64,000 nt of DNA from positions 1,790 through 65,789 of the forward strand of contig CAKZTM010000010.1 in NCBI GenBank assembly GCA_937920555.1. The letters run 5' to 3'. Origin of the DNA: an uncultured Rhodobacteraceae bacterium. Lineage in GTDB: Bacteria; Pseudomonadota; Alphaproteobacteria; Rhodobacterales; Rhodobacteraceae. The stretch's first letter is position 1. Every line of letters begins with the position of its first letter. Shown in pieces: positions 1 through 9,700 of this stretch. Made by a program: the position numbers and the translations under genes. Below the pieces are notes generated by a model, which saw only the letters and a list, made by a program, of their open reading frames with translations, was not told the origin of the DNA and did no database searches.

Positions 1-332
1 CCAAAGGCATCACACCGACGATTGCAGATGCACGTTTTGCCAAGCCGCTTGACGAGGCGATGATCCTCGACTTGGCCGCAAACCATGAGGCGTTGATCAC
101 CGTAGAAGAAGGCGCCATTGGCGGCTTTGGCTCTCATGTAGCCCAGCTTTTGGCCGAGCATGAGGTCTTTGATGCCGGGATCAAATACCGCTCAATGGTT
201 TTTCCCGACACGTTTATCGATCAGGCAAGCCCGGCGGCGATGTACGCCTCAGCAGCGATGAGTGCGGCGGATATTGAGGCCAAAGTGCTCAGAACTTTGG
301 GCGTTGCCAGCATAGGCACCAAACGCGCCTAA
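1..332 (+). CDS. dxs: 1-deoxy-D-xylulose-5-phosphate synthase, C-terminal fragment (5' end outside the window; in frame from nt 3)
   Basis: Translation [46 protein letters not shown]... matches the conserved C-terminal end of Dxs. TAA stop at 330-332. Confidence 0.85.
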   Translation, partial: KGITPTIADARFAKPLDEAMILDLAANHEALITVEEGAIGGFGSHVAQLLAEHEVFDAGIKYRSMVFPDTFIDQASPAAMYASAAMSAADIEAKVLRTLGVASIGTKRA

Positions 333-341
333 GCGGCACAT

Positions 342-363
342 GACCGCGCCTGAGAGCGCGGCC
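342..363. terminator. GC-rich hairpin between the convergent dxs and OMP genes (possible bidirectional terminator, no U-tract)
   Basis: gaCCGCGC-ctgaga-GCGCGGcc: stem of about 6-8 bp with a 6-nt loop, lying in the 40-bp gap between two convergent stop codons. Confidence 0.3.
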
Positions 364-372
364 ACATGGCCT

Positions 373-3300
373 TTAGTACTTGCCGATCAGGTTCACAAAC
401 CAACCCTCGGACGAATAACTTTGATTGGTTAGATCGTCGGAAAAATCGGTCATGTTGTAGCCGGCGCCCAGCTTCACATTCTCATCAAAGCGCCGGTAGA
501 CACCAACAAGCGCGCCTGCTTGGCTGGCATTGGCCGCTTGTGTGTCAAGAACGCGGTATTCGCCCAAAACATCCCATGACTGGCTGACACGGTAGTCAAC
601 ACGGGCAATGGCCAGGGTCGCATCGCTATCGATCCAAGGGCCGTTTAGAGCCGTGTCCCTGATTGAACCAAAACGCCCACCAATCTTGCCGCCAACCGAC
701 AATTTCGGGGTCACATCGTAAATCGCATCGACGGAGACAACATGGCTAATCTGCTCATAATCCAGCGCAGAGGCCGCAGCACCCACCTGACCGGGCGTGC
801 CGGTGTCGTAAAGATACGTGTATTTGAACAGCATATTGAGCCGGTCATTGTCGACCGGACGGTAAGCGGCACCTGTGATCACCTCGACAAATTCGGCATC
901 GCCCGTGGCCGCTGTGGTATTGGAAACAGAGGCACTCAACCGGCCCAAAACACGCCAGTCCTCAGACACTTGGTATGAAGCTGTATTGCGCGTCGTCCAT
1001 GTCTCGCGCGTATCAGCGCCTCGGTCAGTCCGGTACTCCAACACCGACGAGTATCGGGCGCTTTCTGTCGAATAATTAGCATTGAAACTCACCGAACGGC
1101 GGGTCAGATCACCGCTCACCGGATCGCTCAGATTACCGGCTTCACCCTTCAGGCCCAGCGTCCACGATCCTTCGGGCGCGTAATCAATCCCGAAGGCGTT
1201 GGTAACACCAGTCGGCCCATCACCATGCTGATAATTTTGTTCCGCCAACAGGGTCACGTTTTCGGTCACTCGGGTCGATCCGCCAAGCGTAAATTGACCA
1301 AGACGGCCCTGATAATCCGCAGCCTCCCGCTCATTGGTCAAATCGTAGCTGGAATAGATCTGGGAGCGCTCATTGACTTGGTAGCTGCCCGTCAGGCGCG
1401 CGCCGAAACCCCCGTCTCCATCAGACACTTCCCCACTCAAAGCGAGACGCTCAGTCGGGGTCCAAGTGGTGCCAAGACCGACGCGGTTATTGTCCACACG
1501 ACTGCCGGATTTGTCCAAAGTGCCTTGAATATAACCGTAAACATCGACGCGGGGCCCAAGCCCGTAGTCAAGCCGCAGCACACCATCAAGCCGCGAGCCG
1601 TTGGTCGACAGCGTTGTGCTGGCACTGGCCGTTCTTGTGGTGATATCGTCTTGCCGCAGACCCGCACTGATCGCCAAACGCGGCGAGATCGTGTAGCTGA
1701 TCGCCCCCTCAATCGCTGTGGAGGTCTGGCTTGCGGCGTCTTTCTCATCGTATTTTAAACGCAGCTTTGAGCGCGCCGAGACGATAAGATTGCCGTCTGC
1801 CGTCAGCTGGGTCACGTCCTCATTGGTCTGCTCACCGGGGCCGGAAAATCCAGCGTCCCGCCGTTGCCAGACGATGCGAATATCGCCGTCGCCGCGGCCC
1901 AGCTCGCCAAGATCAGCGGCCAGCTCAATACGCGCAGCGCCCGCGCTGTCACCGGCAGCGGCGCCGGGCACGGTTGTGAAGGTGAAACCACCATCGATAG
2001 ACCGCAAGGTGGGCGAGCCGTTATCTTCGGACTGGGCGCCCTCAACACGCAAATATGTGTTGGGCGTGGCAAAGATCGTCGCATCCACACCGGTCAGCGA
2101 TTGCGCCTCCACATTGCCGTCCTGTTGGAGCGTGGCCGCCCCGAGTTTGATCCGGTCGGTGATCCAGTAAGAGCCGGACGCCCCCAAAACCAAGTCATTG
2201 GTGGAGGTGAGGCCGGGCGAATATTCGTAAGTGATCACAAGGAACTGCTGGGTATTTCCCGTAGAGCCAGAGACCAGCGCCCCGTCCGAGCCCGAAGACA
2301 AAAGCGGGTTGAGCAACTGAATGCGGCCCTGAATGGCGTTCATCTCATAGTCGGCGCCGGCAGCCAGCTCTTGGCGGGCCAGAACAAGACCCGTTACAGG
2401 GTCGCGGGTTTCGATATGGGCGCGCTCCGAGCCGCGCAAAAGGTCACGGTTGCGCAGGTAGTAGAGCGACCCGCCTGTGCCGCGAAATTCCTCGCGCGAC
2501 TGCACTGTGCCGGGCTCTGCTGCAAACACCTCAATCTCGCCACGCGGCGCACCGTTACTGGTGGTTGTGGTGGTTCCAGTCCGAAGCCGTGCGCCATAAA
2601 GCGAGCGGGAGAAATCCGTAAATGTGGTGTCAGGTCTGCGGGTTTTGAAATTGCCCCAAAGAACCTCCGAGGGGCCCTTTTCCAGTCTGACGAACAGCTT
2701 TCCGTCTGTGGGCGCATCGTTAAAGGCGGTCGAGTCGTCGCCGTAAACCGGGTAGAATTGATCGGGGTCCAACCGACGCAGGACCGAGCGTGGATCTTTG
2801 TCCAGGAAGTTGTCGAACAGGTCTGAAATCGGGCCTTCGCCGGTATCAGCAGCCGCCGTCAAAAGCCAATCGCCGCGGACCTTGCCTTTGAGGTAAAACG
2901 CCAGCCGCCCATCCACAAAAATATTCTCGTCAAACTGATCGTCCCCGGTCACCGCTTGAATTGGGCCGGTGGTGTCGTTTTGGCCCACGGTGATGTCCGC
3001 AAGGCCCACATAGAACCAGTCTTCATCGGCAATTGCTACGTCTTGGGACGTGCGGCGCAAGATGCGTCCGTCGCCATTGACCACCTCAACACCCACAATC
3101 CTCGGCCCTTTGGGCAGAATTTGGGTCGTAGAAAAGCGGCCATTGGCATCTACAGGCACTTCCTGACCCATGAAGCGCACGCGCTCCAGACGCCCAACGC
3201 CGGAGCCATCTGCCGTGACCGCGCCACCACTGACCGGAATACGGCGCTGCTGCACGGAGTTTTCTTGAGCATAAAACAACAGCTCGCCGCGTGTTGGCGC

Positions 3301-3759
3301 TTCACCCACGCCAAGCCCCAAACGTTTGGGCGCTGTCTGATCAAAGCGCCCACGGGCATCATAGACACGCAAGACGTAATCGACCTCACCCTCGGCATCG
3401 GCACCCAAGGACCATGTGGCAATGCCGCCGGGTTTTATCGGCAGAATGCCCAACGGCTCGCCATTGGGATCACCACCGGGCAACAGGACACGGACCTCCG
3501 CCCGGTCAAAAAATGAGGTGTAGTTGGACCACGCACGGAATTCGACCGGCGTTCCCGGCCCCCTGCGCACCCAACCTTGAACATTGAGCTGTGGCTCGCG
3601 CGCCTCGGGGGCATAGCGTAGGTTCAGCGCCCCCGCTTGTTGCGCCGCAACCGCCTGTGGCTCTTCAACGCTGATCGTAAACGGCACGCTTTGCCCGTAG
3701 GCGCTTAGCGTTGTCGTCAGCAAAAGCGCCCCTGCGCAGCCTAGAATAGCCCCCCTCAT
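373..3759 (-). CDS. Large outer-membrane beta-barrel protein, uncharacterised (1128 aa)
   Basis: N-terminal signal peptide MRGAILGCAGALLLTTTLSAYG|Q. The C-terminal half shows a regular amphipathic beta-hairpin pattern and ends ...GWFVNLIGKY (aromatic terminal residue typical of OMPs). No hydrophobic helices. The ATG at 3757-3759 overlaps the TGA of the upstream giant gene. Confidence 0.75.
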   Translation of the reverse strand: MRGAILGCAGALLLTTTLSAYGQSVPFTISVEEPQAVAAQQAGALNLRYAPEAREPQLNVQGWVRRGPGTPVEFRAWSNYTSFFDRAEVRVLLPGGDPNGEPLGILPIKPGGIATWSLGADAEGEVDYVLRVYDARGRFDQTAPKRLGLGVGEAPTRGELLFYAQENSVQQRRIPVSGGAVTADGSGVGRLERVRFMGQEVPVDANGRFSTTQILPKGPRIVGVEVVNGDGRILRRTSQDVAIADEDWFYVGLADITVGQNDTTGPIQAVTGDDQFDENIFVDGRLAFYLKGKVRGDWLLTAAADTGEGPISDLFDNFLDKDPRSVLRRLDPDQFYPVYGDDSTAFNDAPTDGKLFVRLEKGPSEVLWGNFKTRRPDTTFTDFSRSLYGARLRTGTTTTTSNGAPRGEIEVFAAEPGTVQSREEFRGTGGSLYYLRNRDLLRGSERAHIETRDPVTGLVLARQELAAGADYEMNAIQGRIQLLNPLLSSGSDGALVSGSTGNTQQFLVITYEYSPGLTSTNDLVLGASGSYWITDRIKLGAATLQQDGNVEAQSLTGVDATIFATPNTYLRVEGAQSEDNGSPTLRSIDGGFTFTTVPGAAAGDSAGAARIELAADLGELGRGDGDIRIVWQRRDAGFSGPGEQTNEDVTQLTADGNLIVSARSKLRLKYDEKDAASQTSTAIEGAISYTISPRLAISAGLRQDDITTRTASASTTLSTNGSRLDGVLRLDYGLGPRVDVYGYIQGTLDKSGSRVDNNRVGLGTTWTPTERLALSGEVSDGDGGFGARLTGSYQVNERSQIYSSYDLTNEREAADYQGRLGQFTLGGSTRVTENVTLLAEQNYQHGDGPTGVTNAFGIDYAPEGSWTLGLKGEAGNLSDPVSGDLTRRSVSFNANYSTESARYSSVLEYRTDRGADTRETWTTRNTASYQVSEDWRVLGRLSASVSNTTAATGDAEFVEVITGAAYRPVDNDRLNMLFKYTYLYDTGTPGQVGAAASALDYEQISHVVSVDAIYDVTPKLSVGGKIGGRFGSIRDTALNGPWIDSDATLAIARVDYRVSQSWDVLGEYRVLDTQAANASQAGALVGVYRRFDENVKLGAGYNMTDFSDDLTNQSYSSEGWFVNLIGKY

Positions 3760-6700
3760 TTGATCGATCCCTTCACTGTGGCCGGTAAGGCTCTTATTTC
3801 TGATTGTACGTTAAGCGGATAACAGGCTGAGCCTTCGCGGTCCCAGCCATTTCGCAATGCGTTTGCGACATTGGCGAGACGTTGCTGAGCCAAGGGCGAT
3901 TGACCCATATGCTGGATCAGCACCGATGACGGCGCATCCGACAGAACCCCGCCTGGCATGTTTTCGATAGCGCTCGAAAGCTGCGGTCCAAGACCTGTTC
4001 CACCGGCCTCAAAGGCATCGTCGAACAACTCCATGCGAACAACCCGGAACGGCGCCGCGCCGAAGTTCAGCTTGGCCAATTTACCGCGTGTCACACGCAC
4101 TGTTTTGGGATTGCCGCATGTCATCCGGTAGCCCATCGGCAATGTACGCTCATCGACCTTGGCAATGAAGTTGGAGCCGCGATACGCATTTGGCACTTCA
4201 GCGCATGGCACGCTGTAGCGACCGGCTTGATCAGTGGTGATCAACGTTCCGCGCACAGTGGCGATTGTGACGCCTGAGATACCAGCCTCGCCCGCGTCCT
4301 GCACACCATTGCCGTTGCTGTCTGTGAAGACCCGACCAATGATGTCGGAGCAATCAAACAGCGGGTCAGTGCCAAGGCGCACCGCAGCGCTTGCGATATT
4401 GGACACGATGGTGGAGGCGGCCGCGTTCTCGGTCCATGTCTCATTGACATATTCACCGTCGCCCACACCTGCACTCACCACCAGCATCAATTTGAGCGTC
4501 TTTGTCTCGCCCGCAGCGAAGTCCTGCCCGGTCCAAGTCAGCGTGCGGCCTGAAACCGTGGGCTCAATCGCCACACCGTCAATGCTTGCGGTGCCTGCGC
4601 GGTACACAAAGCCCGGCGGCATTCGGTCCACCAGATCAAGGTTCGGAAGCGCATTGCCCAGACTGTTTCGCGCCGTGATCGTGTAAGGCACTACCGCGCC
4701 GCGTGTCACATCGACCCGAGGCGTGGTTTTGGTCATCGCAATCACACCGGTCAAAATCGGATCGAGCGGGATGTGATTGTTCACGATGTTCGAGGACACG
4801 CCGATGGTGATATCAAAGTCGAAATAATACTGCGTGCTGCCCTGATTGCTGGCGTTGAACCCGGCAGAGCTTGCAGGACAAGTCGCAGGATCATGGATCG
4901 TGGAGCCTTGCACCGGCGCTGCATTATCGTCCTGCACCAAAGATGGGTCAGGCACCGCAGACACAATGATCGGGTTTGAACAGGCCGGAATGACCTGAGA
5001 GGGCGCTGGCTGATAGCCACCCGGTTGGCCCACAGTCAGCGTGTAAGTCCCGCTTGGTGCCGTGGCATTCAACAAGAACTGATAGAACCCGTCCGCACCG
5101 GTTGTGACCGTCGTAGAGCCGCCCACAACGTCAGCCGCGACAAACCCCGCAGGACCGCTGATCGTGACGACCGCGCCGGATACCGGCTGACGGGTCACAC
5201 TGTCATAGACCACACCTGCCGGATCAAGCGGCAAGCTCTGCTCGATAGTGTTGGTTCCAGCGGACAGTGAAAGTCCTGTCAGAGTACCGCTTGAGTTATC
5301 AGCACCGGCCGGGTTGGTCGTTGGATCGACCGCACCATTGGTAAAGGCCGCGCCGCTCTCATTGGGCACAGGACGCCCGAAGATCGCACCATTTGTCGGC
5401 TCTCTAAACTGGATTTGATAGCCCGTTCCCGGAATGATGTTAGAGATCAGATACGCCCCGGAGCTATCGGTGATGGCCGAACCAACAACCGTATCGGTGC
5501 TGTCCAACAGCTCCACGGTCCAACCGGGGACGCGAGTTTCGCCCGCATCCAGAGCGCGGTCATGATCTGTATCCTCCCAAATCGTACCGGCAACTGAGGC
5601 ACTGAGCGAAACCGCAACAGGATCGGTGTCCGTGTTGTTGCCTTGCACGCCCAAAGGCTCTGCCCCGCCAGAGATCACAGAGCTGGCCGTCAGAATGGAG
5701 CCCGAGATGCCTGTACCGGTGAGGGTCGAAACCATGATTTGAGGCGCGCTGCCGCCCGACGTGATCACATCGCTGCTTGTACATGTCACATCTTGACCAG
5801 AGACCGAACAGGTCCAGCCCGTGCCCATACCACCCGTCGGCGTGATGCCTGCGGGAAGCGTGGTGACAATCGTAACTGGACCAGAACTGTCAACCGAGCC
5901 CACATTTGAACCGGTGACAAGGAACTTACCCTGATCATTACCTTCCGCGAAGCTCGCAGGCGTGTGGGTGATGGTCACCGTCAGATCGGGCGCGGGTCCG
6001 GGGACTTCCGCAAAATCATTATTGGCCGAAACCGTATTAGCGCCGGTCAGATCAATACCTGCGATCTGGCTTGAGGTCGCAGTTGGATTGCTGGCCGTTC
6101 CACCTGTCGACCCGGCGGTCGTGATACCGTTGGTGGTGCTGGCAGGCTGGGCCGGTTGATCGATCGTATATGTCCCCGCAGGCAGGCTCAGGAAAGCATA
6201 TGTGCCATCTGTCGCTGTCGTCGTTGACGCAGTGACCGACGTGCCGTTGATGTCCAATCCGGTAAGATTGATCGTCTCACCCCCCAACCCATAGTCGGAG
6301 CCGTTGACGGTGCCGCTATTGTCAAAGTCGAAGAATACCAGCCCCGAGAGGGTCCGCGCATTGGGAACTTCGGCAAAATTATTGGCCGTCGATGCCGCGT
6401 TGGGCGGCAAGATAATCGTGGAGATTTGGCTAGGTGTTGTACCCGCAGCCGTACCAGTGCCCGGTGTGCCGCCATTGGGCACAGCACCCGGCGTCACAAT
6501 CCCGTCGGACGTATTGGCCGCCTGATTGGGCTGACGCACGGAATATGTGTCAGGCGACAGACTCGTGAAACTATAGTCGCCATTCGCATCGGTGGTCGTG
6601 TTGGTGATGAAACTGCCGCCGCTGTCCAAAAGCTCGATCGTCTCACCGACCAAAGCGGTATCCGCGCCATTGCGAACGCCGTTGTTGTTGAGGTCGAGGA

Positions 6701-9700
6701 ATACGTTACCCGCAATTGAAGACAAGGTAACCTCGGCAAAGTCATTGCCCGGTGAGCCCGACACATCGCTGCCGCTGCTGCCGAGGATGATATTGACGAT
6801 CTCCGAAGACGTGGCCGTGGGATTGGAGGCCGCACCGGCCGTGCCTGTGCTGGCTCCCACTGTGGCGATGGTTCCCGCCGTGGTGATGCCGTTTTCGGTT
6901 CCGCTTGGCTGGGTCGGCTCACAGACCGAATACGTGCCTGCGGTGAGCGGGAAGAACAGATAGTTGCCAAGACTGTCAGTGGTGGTTGTCTGTGTGGCGG
7001 CACCCGAACAATTGGCCGCCGTATGAAGCTCGATCGTCACCCCGCCAAGGGCCGTATCGGTGCCACTGTCAAACGCACCGTTTGGTGTCGTGTCATTATC
7101 TGCCCACACCTGACCAGAGATATAACCCTCGGTGCTGATCGCAAGATCGGCAGATGCAGGCGCCGGATTTGGCCCCACATTGGTCTGCAAATCGCCGGTT
7201 GGAATGACGCCTGTATAATCACCCGGAACTGTGCCTGTGATATTGACGGTGATCTTACACCCACCTGCCGGGATCGTATCACCACTATCGTAACTGATCG
7301 TGGCGGAGCCTGCGACGGCGGTCACCGTACCGGGGCATGTGGTCGTGATCCCCGGCGTGCCATCGACCAGAATACTCCCCGGAGAGATGGGCAGGTTGTG
7401 ATCAAACTGAGATGTCAGCGTAATGGCTTGCGGGTTTGGATTGCCAAGCGTGATCATAGCCATGGACGTGCCGCCCGGTGCAATAACCGGGGGCGTATAT
7501 GATAGATCGATGCTGGGGGGATCGGCGATGATGATCTCCGCGCGGGTTTCTTCTGCGTTGGTGACGCCTTCAATCGAGGTCACGCCGCCAACGGGAATGT
7601 CGTCAATATAGCTACCGGACACATTCGACAGAACATCAACCGTCACCGTACAAGCACTATTGGCTGCAAGACTGGCACCGGTGAGCTGAATGCTTGTACC
7701 GGACACGGCCGCACCCACCGCGCCGCCTGTACAGGTCGTGGACGCATTGGGCGACGTGGACAGAACAAGCCCGCTTGGCAGGGCATTGTCGAACGCAACA
7801 CCGGTCAAACCGGAGGTGTTGGTGTTGCGCAGCCGGATGGTCAAAGTCTCTGGCGTGCCGGCAGTGGTAAACGCAGAGCCGGTCGTGAAGCCCGAGCCTG
7901 ATTGGATCGCCGTATCAAGGGTCTCGCCATCAATGGCGATTTGAACCTCCAAAGCGGCCTTGGAGCGCAATGTATCCGTTGCAGGTGCCGTATTCGACAC
8001 CGGCGCACCGCTTGCGGTTGCGCTCACTTCGCCGGGGTTGATCGTGTTGATGAAGTCCCCTTGCGTGGACGTGATGACATCCACTTCAAGCACACATGTG
8101 GCAGGTGTCGCACCGGAGGCTGCGGCCAATACACCGCCTGTAAGGGAAACTTGATTGGACCCAGCCGTGCTGATGGTTCCGCCAGAACATGTGGTTGTTG
8201 GATTGGCGCCGGGCGGAATTGTAATGCCGGCCGGGAAATTGTCGTTGATTGACAGCCCCGTCAACGGGCTGTTGGCCGGGTTAAACAATGTGATTTGAAG
8301 CCGCGACCGCTCGCCAATTCCCACGGTTTGCGGCGAGAACTGTTTGGTCACGCCGATATTGGACTGGGTGGTGATGCTGGTGGTGGCCTGATTGCCGTTG
8401 GTATAACCCTCGGCAGTGGTGATCGAGCTTACTGGGATGAAATTCGTTATCCCGCCCGCCTGAACCGACGTGATATTCACCGAATACTGACAGACCTCGC
8501 TTGCGGTCATGGATGCACCGCTCAACGTCACAGAATTACCACCAGGTGTTGCTGAGACAGAGCCGCCGGTACATGTGGTCGCAACAGACGGTGTGCCTGC
8601 AATGACGATGCCGTTATCGGCTGAACCCGACAGGCCGTCTGTGGTGAAGAAATCCGTCAGGGTCAGATCACTTACGGCATTTGCGCCATTGGTGATCTCG
8701 ATGGTCAGACGGGAAATCTCACCGGGGAAACTCAAGGTCGACGGGCTTGTGAACTCGGACACGAGAATGCTCTGGGACGGAAGAAGTCCCAGCGTGGCCG
8801 AGAATGAATTGACGTTAATCACGCCACCATCTGCTGTAAGATTGCCTGTGGGGACCGTGTTCACCCAAGGCGCACCGCCGGTCGCGGTGACATCAAAGAC
8901 CAGATCACATGTGCCGCCCCCTGCAACTGTCGCACCGCTCATGGAGATCGAGCTGGCCCCGCCTGCACCCGTGATCACAGGTGATCCGGCACAGGTTGTG
9001 TACGCATTTGGTGTGGCTGCCAAAGTCATGCCAGCCGGAAACGGGTCCGTGACGGCAACGCCTGTTAGCGCACCTGTGCCCGCATTTGCGAACCGGATGA
9101 TGACCGTGGAAATACCACCCGAAAAGATGCTGGTGGGCGTGAAGCTCTTTGAGGCGGACAGCGCCGACGCATAGGTCAGGCTGGCGGCGTTGCTGGTCGC
9201 AGCAACCCCCACAGCGGGCCCGCCATTGGCAGGTGTTGCATCCGCAGTACCGCTCACGGTGTTGGAGTAAACGCCAGCGGCACCCACAACACGGAACTGC
9301 AATACGCACGAGCCCGACGAGCCAAGTCCGCTGGAGGCTCTGGCGGGAACACTACCACCGGTGAGGGTCACAGACGTGTCACCCGGATTGGCTGTGATGA
9401 TACCACCGCAGGTGCTTGTCGCTGCAGGTGTGCTGGCCACAAAAAGCTGTTGGCCCAGTGATCCAATGGGAAGAGCATCGCTCAGTGACAGGTTGGCCAG
9501 CGCTTGGGCAGACCAGTTCGAAACGGTGATCGTCAGAAGAGAATCAGTACCCTCAAAGGTCGAAGACGGCGCAAAGCTGTTCACAATCGCCATCGTTGGA
9601 ATTTCGCTAACAGTGACGTTGTTGGAGGCAACTTGATTGGACCCGCCACTGAATGTGACACTACCAACGGGCAGATTGTTGGTGTCGCCGCCCCCGGCTG

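Noticed and set aside
1864-2826. 320-aa + strand ORF (and many similar ones at 1225-3587 and 4234-11147) inside the OMP and giant adhesin genes
   Set aside because: All are antisense or out-of-frame to two very long intact ORFs that have signal peptides and coherent domain or repeat structure. These are GC-driven open frames.
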